Source: a virus | Lineage: Duplodnaviria > Heunggongvirae > Uroviricota > Caudoviricetes | Virus record (IMG/VR): IMGVR_UViG_3300028832_000119 | Span: 72,924 to 89,426 of that record | Strand: one strand, 5' to 3' | DNA length: 16,503 nucleotides | Part shown: in pieces, positions 1 to 7,619 of the stretch | Position numbering within the stretch: position 1 is the first letter of the stretch | How the letters are laid out: each line of letters opens with the position of its first letter | Notes under the pieces: generated by a model | What the model saw: the letters and a program-made list of their open reading frames with translations, nothing else | Told to the model about the DNA's origin: nothing | Database searches by the model: none | Program-made: the position numbers and the translations under genes

Positions 1-11
1 ACCTTATGCAT

Positions 12-40
12 TGAATAACACAGAGAAATCTGAATAACAC
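12..40 (+). repeat. Direct repeat TGAATAACAC x2 (12-21 and 31-40)
   Basis: Exact 10-mer repeated 19 nt apart upstream of the first gene; function unknown. Confidence 0.45.
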
Positions 41-68
41 TTAAGCAGCTAATACACAATATTATGCT

Positions 69-668
69 GTGAAATATTTAAATCATGACCTTCATACAGA
101 AATGTGTCTTATGGATGAATATAAAATTAATCCAAATGAACTTATGTGTATTAAGGTTATCTTATTAGCCCAAGATGAAGATTATACCTATCTTCAAAAT
201 TTTGCTCAAATATGTCCATTAAGACCGCTATTAACAAGTTTACAATCTAAAGGAATTATTCTTAAATCTTATAAACTTCCTAAAGAAGGTACTGCATTTA
301 ATCCTGGAGATGTTCAATTTAATCAGAATTTTCTTAAAAAGTATTATAGAAGTGCTTTTGAAATGGGAGAGGAATTGTTTTATACATATCCTCAATCAGC
401 TGTAGTACAAGGAAGAGTATTTAATTTAAGAACAGTATCTAAGATATTTGACTCTCTAGAAGATGCCTTTGGAAAGTATGCTAAACAAATTAAAAATAAC
501 CCAGATTTACATAATCAAATCATTGATGATATAAAATGGGGAATAGAGAATGGATATAATTTTACTACCTTAGACAGATTTATAGTAGATAGGGCATATG
601 AATCCCTTCATGCAATGAGGCTTGGAGAAGGTATTAATATTAATCTTGAAGCTACTGAATTGGTATGA
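69..668 (+). CDS. Putative phage replication initiator / replisome-organiser-like protein (199 aa, GTG start)
   Basis: Lies upstream of the helicase. C-terminal pattern LFYTYP...AFGKYAK...IIDDIKW...LDRFI resembles C-terminal domains of phage initiators; N-terminus is plausibly winged-helix. Function is inference. Confidence 0.45.
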   Translation: MKYLNHDLHTEMCLMDEYKINPNELMCIKVILLAQDEDYTYLQNFAQICPLRPLLTSLQSKGIILKSYKLPKEGTAFNPGDVQFNQNFLKKYYRSAFEMGEELFYTYPQSAVVQGRVFNLRTVSKIFDSLEDAFGKYAKQIKNNPDLHNQIIDDIKWGIENGYNFTTLDRFIVDRAYESLHAMRLGEGININLEATELV

Positions 669-856
669 TGTCACATAAAGAAGTAGATTTAGACTATGTT
701 AAATCTAATTATGGTGGATTTGAAGATTTAGAAACTATATTAAAAGAGTTATTAAAAAATGACTCAGAATTGCAATTAGTTGAATCTAGAATACCTAGCT
801 CTAGTAGAGTAAATTTAGTAAGAAATGGTAAATTTCTTGCTGTAATAAGTAAATAA
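665..856 (+). CDS. Hypothetical protein (63 aa)
   Basis: ATGA overlap with upstream gene; TAA stop. Confidence 0.65.
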   Translation: MMSHKEVDLDYVKSNYGGFEDLETILKELLKNDSELQLVESRIPSSSRVNLVRNGKFLAVISK

Positions 857-860
857 TAAT

Positions 861-1007
861 ATGAAAAAGTATTTAGTTAGATTTACTACAAAAAGTGGTG
901 AGTATGATAAGGAATGGTGCCACGCTAATTCGGCATCAGAGGCAGAAAACATTATTCGACAAGATCATTGGAATATTGAAAGTATTGATCTGGTTGAAGA
1001 AATATGA
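861..1007 (+). CDS. Hypothetical protein (48 aa, MKKYLVRFTTKSGEYDKEWCHANSASEAENIIRQDHWNIESIDLVEEI), not in ORF track
   Basis: Fills the 857-1003 gap, A-rich start context, ATGA overlap with next gene. Confidence 0.7.
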   Translation: MKKYLVRFTTKSGEYDKEWCHANSASEAENIIRQDHWNIESIDLVEEI

Positions 1008-1252
1008 TTAGAGTTTGGTTACAACCCGATAATATCTATTATGGTGGAAAAGCTTATGCTTTTGACGTTTCTAATTTTGAAACAAGACCTAGTGAATATG
1101 GGTATGATAACCTTTTAACTGAAGACTTAATAGAAAGGGTTAATCAAGGAGATATATTAATGTATTTTGATTCTCAAGATTCTGCTCAAGAATGGTGTGA
1201 GGATCATCAATATGAATATATTTATGTAGAACCAAAAGATGACAATAACTGA
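1004..1252 (+). CDS. Hypothetical acidic protein (82 aa)
   Basis: Overlaps both neighbours; TGA stop. Confidence 0.7.
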   Translation: MIRVWLQPDNIYYGGKAYAFDVSNFETRPSEYGYDNLLTEDLIERVNQGDILMYFDSQDSAQEWCEDHQYEYIYVEPKDDNN

Positions 1253-2348
1253 TGCTCTATTACAAGAAATTGACATTGGTCGTGAAGGTAGAGCACAAGG
1301 TTATTCTATGGGATTACCAAAAGTAGAATCTATAATAGATGGAGTTACCAAAGGAACTATGACTGTTCTTGCTTCAGGTACTGGTCAAGGAAAATCAAGT
1401 TACATTCTATATGCTTATGTATATAGACCTCTTATGGAACATTTAGATGATGAAAATTTCTATGTTTCGTATTTTTCTTTAGAAATGCCTGCAACAGTTA
1501 TATTTGGTAAATTATTATCTACTTATATATTTGAAAAATATGGTAAAGAACTTTCTATAAAAGAAATACTCTCTAGAAAAAAAGGTTATATTCTTAGTGA
1601 TGAAGATTATCAAATTGTACAGGATAGTTTGCAATGGCTTAGAAAGGTTGAAAAGAAAATTCATGTTTATGATAAATCTTTAAATGCTGATAAACTATAT
1701 GCCATTTTAATGCAAAAACTTGAACAATTTGGAGAATTTGAAGAAACTGAGAATAGAAAAATCTATAAACCACATAATCCAGATTTATTATATGAAGTAG
1801 TCATTGATCACGTAGGTTTGTTAAGACCTTCTAATGGTCGTAATAAGAAAGGAGAAATAGATATGACTGTTGCATATTTAGTTACTCTTAGAAATATGTG
1901 TAATATAGCAGTTACTTTAATTCAGCAAATCAATAGAGAACAAAGTAATATTGAAAGATTTAAGGCGGGAAGAACTGGAATTCAGTTATCTGACTTAAAA
2001 GAAACTGGAGATACTACTGATGCTGCGGAGGTTGTTGCAGCTCTTTATGGTCCTAATAGAGATAAACTAAATACCTATAGAGGATATGATGTTAAGAAAT
2101 TAGGAGACCATATAAGAATGCTTCAAATTCTAAAGACTCGATTTGGTGAAGCTGATAAAGAAATTGCACTAAATTTCCATGGAGGAATAAATATGTGGAG
2201 TGAATTACCTCTCCCTGGTGATATTTATGATTATGATAAATATGTAACTCCGGACTATCTATTAAATAATAATGAAGAAACGACAGATGATAATGAAAAA
2301 ATAGAAGAAGATAATGCTGAAAAACAACAATTTAAATTGATTATTTAA
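1239..2348 (+). CDS. dnaB: DnaB-like (SF4) replicative helicase lacking the usual N-terminal domain
   Basis: Walker A ASGTGQGKS, SLEM, Walker B VVIDHVGL, QQINRE, LKETGDTTDAAEVV, KTRFG arginine finger; 369 aa. Confidence 0.9.
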   Translation: MTITDALLQEIDIGREGRAQGYSMGLPKVESIIDGVTKGTMTVLASGTGQGKSSYILYAYVYRPLMEHLDDENFYVSYFSLEMPATVIFGKLLSTYIFEKYGKELSIKEILSRKKGYILSDEDYQIVQDSLQWLRKVEKKIHVYDKSLNADKLYAILMQKLEQFGEFEETENRKIYKPHNPDLLYEVVIDHVGLLRPSNGRNKKGEIDMTVAYLVTLRNMCNIAVTLIQQINREQSNIERFKAGRTGIQLSDLKETGDTTDAAEVVAALYGPNRDKLNTYRGYDVKKLGDHIRMLQILKTRFGEADKEIALNFHGGINMWSELPLPGDIYDYDKYVTPDYLLNNNEETTDDNEKIEEDNAEKQQFKLII

Positions 2349-2350
2349 AT

Positions 2351-3064
2351 ATGGCATGTGAAACACTGTGTATTTACGGTGAATCAGGTACTGGAAAAAG
2401 TACCAGTTTAAGAAATATGGATCCCGAAACTACTTTTATAATTAGTACTACCGGTAAACCTCTTCCTTTCAGAGCTTGGCGTAAGAAATATACTCCCATA
2501 GTTATTGAAAAGGATGAGAAAAATAAAATTAAATCTGTTACAGGAAACTATTATATTAGTTCTAACTGGGAAGCCATAATCAAAATCCTTAAAGTTATCG
2601 ACAAAAAGATGCCTCATATTAAAGCTGTAGTCTTGGATGATATGCAGTATATTTTGAGTTATGAATTTGTCGATAGAGCTACTGAGGTTGGATATCAGAA
2701 GTTCTCCGAATTAGCTCAGCATCTAATGGAAATCCTTAGATATTCTGAGACAATGAGAGAGGATTGTACTATGATATTCTTGACCCATTCAGAAAATGTT
2801 GGAACAGAAATTGATCCAAAATATGTTATTAAAACTATTGGTAAACTTCTTGCGGAGAAAATAACTCTAGAAGGTTTGTTTACTTATATCTTCTGTACTA
2901 AAGTAGAAGAAGGTGATGATGGTAAGATGACATATAAGTTGGTTACCAATAATAATGGACAATGTTTAGCTAAGACTCCGATGGATATGTTCGAAGATTT
3001 AGAGATTGATAATGATTTGAATAAGATACTTGATATTATTAAAGAGTATAACGAAGGAGAATAA
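2351..3064 (+). CDS. AAA/RecA-fold ATPase, Sak4-like single-strand annealing protein
   Basis: Walker A GESGTGKST near N-terminus, Walker B VVLDD, THS and AKTP motifs typical of phage AAA_24/Sak4 proteins; 237 aa. Confidence 0.75.
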   Translation: MACETLCIYGESGTGKSTSLRNMDPETTFIISTTGKPLPFRAWRKKYTPIVIEKDEKNKIKSVTGNYYISSNWEAIIKILKVIDKKMPHIKAVVLDDMQYILSYEFVDRATEVGYQKFSELAQHLMEILRYSETMREDCTMIFLTHSENVGTEIDPKYVIKTIGKLLAEKITLEGLFTYIFCTKVEEGDDGKMTYKLVTNNNGQCLAKTPMDMFEDLEIDNDLNKILDIIKEYNEGE

Positions 3065-3624
3065 TGAAAATTAATTCAGCAAAACTCATTGTCGAAATCC
3101 TGGATGAAAGTACAGGAGAACTTATTACTAGAGAAGCTACTCTAGGAGATTTTAAAGAAGTTAAAAAGTCTACAAGTTCTGGTACTAGAACTAAGAAACC
3201 AAAGGACACCGATCCTGATCCAAAGATTACTTTGCTTGAAGGTAAGATTCAAATGAACAATGCTTGTGTAGAGCTTGTTGGTTGGGAACCAGAAATGAAG
3301 ATTGATATTCGTTTCGAAAAGCAAGGTAGAAAGATTACTCCAATTATTCTGGAGGATGAAGCTAAAGGTAATAGACTTACTAAGACCTTTACTATTTCTT
3401 GTCGTGGTAGTAAACACGATAATTTGGCAGAATATGGTTCTGTATTTAATGTAGTTCCTTATGAAGGTAAGGATGGTTGGTTTAAGCTCTTAGGAGATGC
3501 TCCTGAGAAAGAAGACGATATTATTGATGTTCCAGAGGAGTTAACCGCTCCAGAGGAAGATGAAGTTAATGTCGATGAACCTGGTGTAGAAGCAGCAGAT
3601 ATCGACTTTGACCTCGATATGTAA
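3064..3624 (+). CDS. Hypothetical protein with acidic C-terminal tail, possible DNA-binding protein (186 aa)
   Basis: TAATG overlap; tail EEDEVNVDEPGVEAADIDFDLDM; function unassigned. Confidence 0.7.
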   Translation: MKINSAKLIVEILDESTGELITREATLGDFKEVKKSTSSGTRTKKPKDTDPDPKITLLEGKIQMNNACVELVGWEPEMKIDIRFEKQGRKITPIILEDEAKGNRLTKTFTISCRGSKHDNLAEYGSVFNVVPYEGKDGWFKLLGDAPEKEDDIIDVPEELTAPEEDEVNVDEPGVEAADIDFDLDM

Positions 3625-3637
3625 TAAAGAATAAAAG

Positions 3638-3687
3638 AGTAGATAGTAATTATTGAAGTAGATAGTTGTAATCATAGATGTATGATT
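3638..3687 (+). promoter_or_regulatory. AGTAGATAGT x2 (3638-3647, 3657-3668 as AGTAGATAGTTG) followed by hairpin AATCATA-GATG-TATGATT
   Basis: Same 12-mer plus hairpin layout recurs at 9086-9114 at nearly the same distance from a start codon. Confidence 0.6.
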
Positions 3688-3716
3688 CAAATTATGAAAA
3701 TGTTTTAATAATTATT

Positions 3717-4424
3717 ATGAACAATTTTAACTTTGGCGGTCTTGCCGAAACCTCATTTACTAACAATGGTCCTCAGTACCTTCGTCCTTATGATATTTAT
3801 GAAGTTAATTTGACTAAGATTGAGAAGAGTTCTCTTAAAGGTAAGGATGGCACAGAATATGGTGTTATTGCTTTAGAGTTTAAGGGTTGTGGTGATAACA
3901 ATGGTGTATATACTCACAACTTGTTTATTCCTCACAAGGATTCAGACTTCGAGAGAAGAATTAATGAGACTAGTGGTACTCCTTATCCTTCTGCATTTGA
4001 GCAATTCCAGTATACCTTAATGCAGTTAATGCAGGTTATTAATCCAAAGGGTGCTGATAAGATTAAGGAGAATGCTTCTAAGTTGAAGAGTATGGATCAG
4101 TTTATTGATCTTATTATCAAAGGTCTTACTGGTAAGACTGATGTTAAGTTCTTCTTGAAGCTGGTTGGTCGTAACCAAGGTGGAACTACATATGCTACTA
4201 TTCCTAATGCTTGTGTATTGGGTAAGAAAGCAACTGCAGAGACTAAGCCTTCTGCTTTGAACTTTGTAGCTCTTGATAAGAGTCTGTTGGCATTCTCTAA
4301 TTATGAGTTGACTCAAATGAAGAATTATAAGAATGCAACTCCTACTAATATGGATAAGGAAGCTGATGAAACTCCTGATACCGCTGGAGACGATGTAGAT
4401 TTAGACGATATTAGTTTGGATTAA
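3717..4424 (+). CDS. Putative single-stranded DNA-binding protein
   Basis: Lies between Sak4-like ATPase and primase; acidic tail DETPDTAGDDVDLDDISLD; AAG/GAG-rich codon bias. Start placed at ATG 3717 (MNNFNFGG, context TTATTATG) rather than 3678, which would overlap the upstream hairpin. Confidence 0.55.
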   Translation: MNNFNFGGLAETSFTNNGPQYLRPYDIYEVNLTKIEKSSLKGKDGTEYGVIALEFKGCGDNNGVYTHNLFIPHKDSDFERRINETSGTPYPSAFEQFQYTLMQLMQVINPKGADKIKENASKLKSMDQFIDLIIKGLTGKTDVKFFLKLVGRNQGGTTYATIPNACVLGKKATAETKPSALNFVALDKSLLAFSNYELTQMKNYKNATPTNMDKEADETPDTAGDDVDLDDISLD

Positions 4425-4447
4425 ACATAATTGAAGATTCTTGATTT

Positions 4448-5449
4448 ATGTATTTTTCATCATTACAACCAGAAATTACTAAGGAATTTATATTTTCTAA
4501 AGGAATAAATCAGGAATCTATAATGCAACATTACACTGGACTAGATGTTAGAAGTAAAAAGCTAGCATTTAGCCCCTTTCGTAATGATAACCATGTTACG
4601 TGTGCTTTCTATAAATCCAAATCTAACATATTATATTTACATGATTTTGCTACTAATGAACATATCAATTGTTTTCAAGTAGTAATGAAGAAATTTAATG
4701 TAAATTATTATGAGGCATTAGAAATAATTGCCAAAGATTTTGGATTAATAGAAGGAACACACAGTAATAAAGTTGCCCCTATTATTGTCAAACCTATTAA
4801 AGAAACTGAATCTTCTAATATTCAAGTTCAAATTAAGGATTATACTGAGGAAGAATTAAAGTGGTGGGAAACTTTTGGAATATCTAAAAAACTTCTTAAA
4901 AAGTATCATATATATTCACTTCAACACGTATTTATTAATGGTCAGTTAAGATTTACTTCTTCTAGTAAATGTCCAATTTATGGGTATTATTTTGGTAAAG
5001 ATAAGAATGGAAATGAGAAATGGAAATGTTATTTTCCTTTAAAAACGGAATATAGATTTCTCAATAATCTTTCTAAAAAAGTTCTTCAAGGTTATCATCA
5101 ATTACCAAAGACTGGAGATTTATTAGTAATTACTAAATCAATGAAAGATGTAGTAGCTTTGTACGGTTTTGGAATAGCTGCTGTTAGTCCTAATTCAGAA
5201 ACTCTATTTGTTGATGATAAAAAATTAGAAGAGTTTAAACAACGTTTTAAACATATTCTAGTAGTTTATGATAATGATAGACCTGGATTATATAACATGG
5301 CTAAAATAAGACGAGACCATCCAGAATTAAACTATTTCTATATGCCTTGGTATCTTGCAAAGGATTTTACTGATTCTATTAAATTAGTTGGAGTAGAAAA
5401 TATGAAAGAATATGTTGATGAATTTTTTAAAGAATATAAATTTAAATGA
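4448..5449 (+). CDS. TOPRIM-family (DnaG-like) phage DNA primase with atypical motifs
   Basis: N-terminal SPFRNDNHVTCAF (degenerate Zn-binding domain), VITKSMKD in place of EGxxD, VYDND DxD motif, KDFTD; 333 aa. Confidence 0.8.
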   Translation: MYFSSLQPEITKEFIFSKGINQESIMQHYTGLDVRSKKLAFSPFRNDNHVTCAFYKSKSNILYLHDFATNEHINCFQVVMKKFNVNYYEALEIIAKDFGLIEGTHSNKVAPIIVKPIKETESSNIQVQIKDYTEEELKWWETFGISKKLLKKYHIYSLQHVFINGQLRFTSSSKCPIYGYYFGKDKNGNEKWKCYFPLKTEYRFLNNLSKKVLQGYHQLPKTGDLLVITKSMKDVVALYGFGIAAVSPNSETLFVDDKKLEEFKQRFKHILVVYDNDRPGLYNMAKIRRDHPELNYFYMPWYLAKDFTDSIKLVGVENMKEYVDEFFKEYKFK

Positions 5450-5676
5450 AAAAAGTATATTTGGCTAAAGATTGGACTGGAGTTCATATATTTCTAGAAC
5501 CTCCTCAATTAATGAAATGTGGAGGGTTACCTGAAATTTGGTGTGGTCATAGACTAAAAGAAGTTTTAAATGAAACTCTTCAAATAGCAAAAGAGGATAT
5601 TCCTAAAGGACGATATTTAGAACTTGACTTATATTGGTCATTAGTTCATTCTTATTCTAACACTAAAGAAATATGA
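5446..5676 (+). CDS. Hypothetical protein (76 aa)
   Basis: ATGA overlaps at both ends. Confidence 0.7.
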   Translation: MKKVYLAKDWTGVHIFLEPPQLMKCGGLPEIWCGHRLKEVLNETLQIAKEDIPKGRYLELDLYWSLVHSYSNTKEI

Positions 5677-5882
5677 AAGCTTCAGAAAAGCAAATAGAAT
5701 TTTGCAAAACTCTAAAAGGTATTCTCCAATTTTGGATAGATTCTAATGATATTAATTCTCCTTCTCATTTTACTATTATAGAAGAAGTAATTAATAACGA
5801 ATTAGAACCTTTGCCTGAAAGGGATAAGGAATTGTTAATAGATGTCTTTGGAAATTTACTTACATATGTAAGAAAATTATGA
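5673..5882 (+). CDS. Hypothetical protein (69 aa)
   Basis: ATGA overlaps at both ends. Confidence 0.7.
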   Translation: MKASEKQIEFCKTLKGILQFWIDSNDINSPSHFTIIEEVINNELEPLPERDKELLIDVFGNLLTYVRKL

Positions 5883-6178
5883 AAATTAATGAAAATAATA
5901 TTGAAAATATTCCTCTAAAAGAAAGAGCCTTAGTTAGGGCTTTATTAGAGGATATGGAAGAAATAAATCATAACCTTCCTTTACATTCTCCTAATTTAGA
6001 ATTAGAGTGGATTGATACACATACTGAATATTCTCCAGAAAGAACAGACCCATGTCCTGATTATTATGGAATGTATAGAATTTGGAGAGGTAATGATTAT
6101 ATAGGGGTTGAAATGGATTTAGACACTTTAGATTCTGCTTTATGTTTACTTTATAACTTTGTTATAGAAGATGACTAA
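5879..6178 (+). CDS. Hypothetical protein (99 aa)
   Basis: ATGA overlap upstream; overlaps next start. Confidence 0.7.
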   Translation: MKINENNIENIPLKERALVRALLEDMEEINHNLPLHSPNLELEWIDTHTEYSPERTDPCPDYYGMYRIWRGNDYIGVEMDLDTLDSALCLLYNFVIEDD

Positions 6179-6326
6179 AGAAGAATATTTAAATTCTTTA
6201 AGTAAAGAAGATATATTAAATGGGATAGGTTGGTATTTATTAGACCATGATGATGTTCCAGAAGATGTATCTCCTGAAGATATTTGGTCTGTTATTGCAG
6301 ATTTAATCATTTTAGAATGTATTTAA
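6171..6326 (+). CDS. Hypothetical acidic protein (51 aa, MTKEEYLNSLSKEDILNGIGWYLLDHDDVPEDVSPEDIWSVIADLIILECI), not in ORF track
   Basis: Fills the gap exactly: 8-nt overlap upstream, TAA abuts next ATG at 6327. Confidence 0.7.
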   Translation: MTKEEYLNSLSKEDILNGIGWYLLDHDDVPEDVSPEDIWSVIADLIILECI

Positions 6327-6875
6327 ATGAAGTAGAAACAATTAAATACCGGAGTCAAAATAACTGATAAAGGTGGAAATACTTATGTATATGATTCCAT
6401 AGAAAAAGCAGCTGAATTGACTCAAATGAGTATACAAACTTTAAAAATAAGAGCTAATAAAAATAGTGTTCCAAAGGATGGTATTAAAGTTGAATGGCTT
6501 GATCCTAGTACTAAGAAACACTATACTGCTAAGAGATCTAAGCAAAAGGGTTCACAACTTGAGCTAGATGTTATTCATAAACTAAATGAAATTGGTTACA
6601 CTACAGTTAGTAGTAGATCTAATAGTAAAAATTTAGATAATGCTAAAGTAGATATAGATGACTTAGGTGGAAACCTTCCAGTCTATATTTAGTGTAAAGC
6701 TACTCAAACTACTCCTTCTTACTTTAAAATTGAAGAAGAATGTCCATTAAAGGACAAACCGTTTACAGTAGTTTGGAAAAAGCAGGATAAAGAAGGAGGT
6801 AACAGTCCTGGAACTGTTTTTATTGCTCCTTTAAGTTTGTTATACGACTATTTAAAATTGAAATTAAATGAATAA
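6327..6875 (+). CDS. Hjc-type Holliday-junction resolvase (PD-(D/E)XK) with N-terminal NUMOD1-like HTH; 182 aa only if TAG 6333-6335 and TAG 6690-6692 are read as sense (likely Gln)
   Basis: MK*KQLNTGVKITDKGGNTYVYDSIEKAAELTQMSIQTL...SKQKGSQLELDV...SRSNSKNLDNAKVDI...PVYI*CKATQTTPSYFKI...VVWKKQ...TAA. KG..E, D and (Q)xK match resolvase motifs. The full frame abuts the upstream TAA and overlaps the downstream ATG by 8 nt. Confidence 0.8.
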
Positions 6876-7098
6876 ATATATTTGGGCAGAAGCCACTCAA
6901 GACTATTGGCCAGAGATAAAAACTATTATGGCCCCATCTTATAAAGATGCAGTAGAAAAATTAATCATTAAATATGGTACAGAATTAGATGATGATAAAA
7001 TTTTGGATAGTATTGATGATTGGCAACAATTAAGTGAATATCTAAATGATAATTACACAATAGCCTTATCTAATTTAGAAGATTATGATGAAATATGA
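6868..7098 (+). CDS. Hypothetical acidic protein (76 aa)
   Basis: Overlaps both neighbours. Confidence 0.7.
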   Translation: MNKYIWAEATQDYWPEIKTIMAPSYKDAVEKLIIKYGTELDDDKILDSIDDWQQLSEYLNDNYTIALSNLEDYDEI

Positions 7099-7619
7099 AA
7101 TTAAGAGTAGGATTTGATTTAGATGATACCATTTTTGGATTTTCTGAAGGATATTTAAAACGATTTAAACATTTTCCCAAATATGATTGGGCAATAACTA
7201 GAAATGTTACTAACATTCTAATACACGAAAGAGAGTTTTGGGTAAATCTTCCAGTAATTAGAAGACCTAATTTTGAACCAAAACTTTATTGTAGTTCAAG
7301 AGTAAATAGAAAAGCTTGGACTAAAAAGGCATTGGAAATTAATGATTTACCCAATAGTCCCTTATATCAGGTTCCAGGGTATCATATTCCTAAATCTAAA
7401 TATATAAAAGGAAGAGTTGATGTATTTATTGAAGACTCTCCCCATCAATGGAAAGCCTTGAATATGGCTGGAATTCCCTGCTTATTAATTAATGGAAGAA
7501 ATAATCAAGAATATGGTCCGATATTAAAGATATATTCATTAGATTATAATGAAATAGAAGATGCTTACTACCTCGGTAAAGAGTGTGGAATCTTTGATGA
7601 TTTTAGTAAGTTCGTATGA
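7095..7619 (+). CDS. HAD-superfamily hydrolase, 5'(3')-deoxyribonucleotidase-like
   Basis: N-terminal motif I GFDLDDT and motif IV FIEDS; 174 aa. Confidence 0.75.
   Translation: MKLRVGFDLDDTIFGFSEGYLKRFKHFPKYDWAITRNVTNILIHEREFWVNLPVIRRPNFEPKLYCSSRVNRKAWTKKALEINDLPNSPLYQVPGYHIPKSKYIKGRVDVFIEDSPHQWKALNMAGIPCLLINGRNNQEYGPILKIYSLDYNEIEDAYYLGKECGIFDDFSKFV

Noticed and set aside
1-37. Possible 3' end of an upstream gene (PYALNNTEKSE then TAA 35-37)
   Set aside because: Too short to support from this window alone
54-68. ACACAATATTATGCT resembling an NrdR box
   Set aside because: Several mismatches in conserved positions, AT-rich background, far from nrdD, and NrdR is not typical of Bacteroidota
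584-593. AGTAGATAGG, partial copy of the shared motif
   Set aside because: Inside coding sequence (IVDR), only 9 of 12 matching, 81 nt from the next start and no adjacent hairpin seen
2408-4316. Minus-strand ORFs 2408-2617, 3142-3417 and 4026-4316
   Set aside because: Lie wholly antisense to well-supported plus-strand genes, with no recognisable motifs; shadow ORFs
6417-6692. 91-aa TTG-start ORF in the track as a standalone gene
   Set aside because: Ends inside the catalytic motif and leaves unexplained gaps on both sides; better explained as a fragment of 6327-6875
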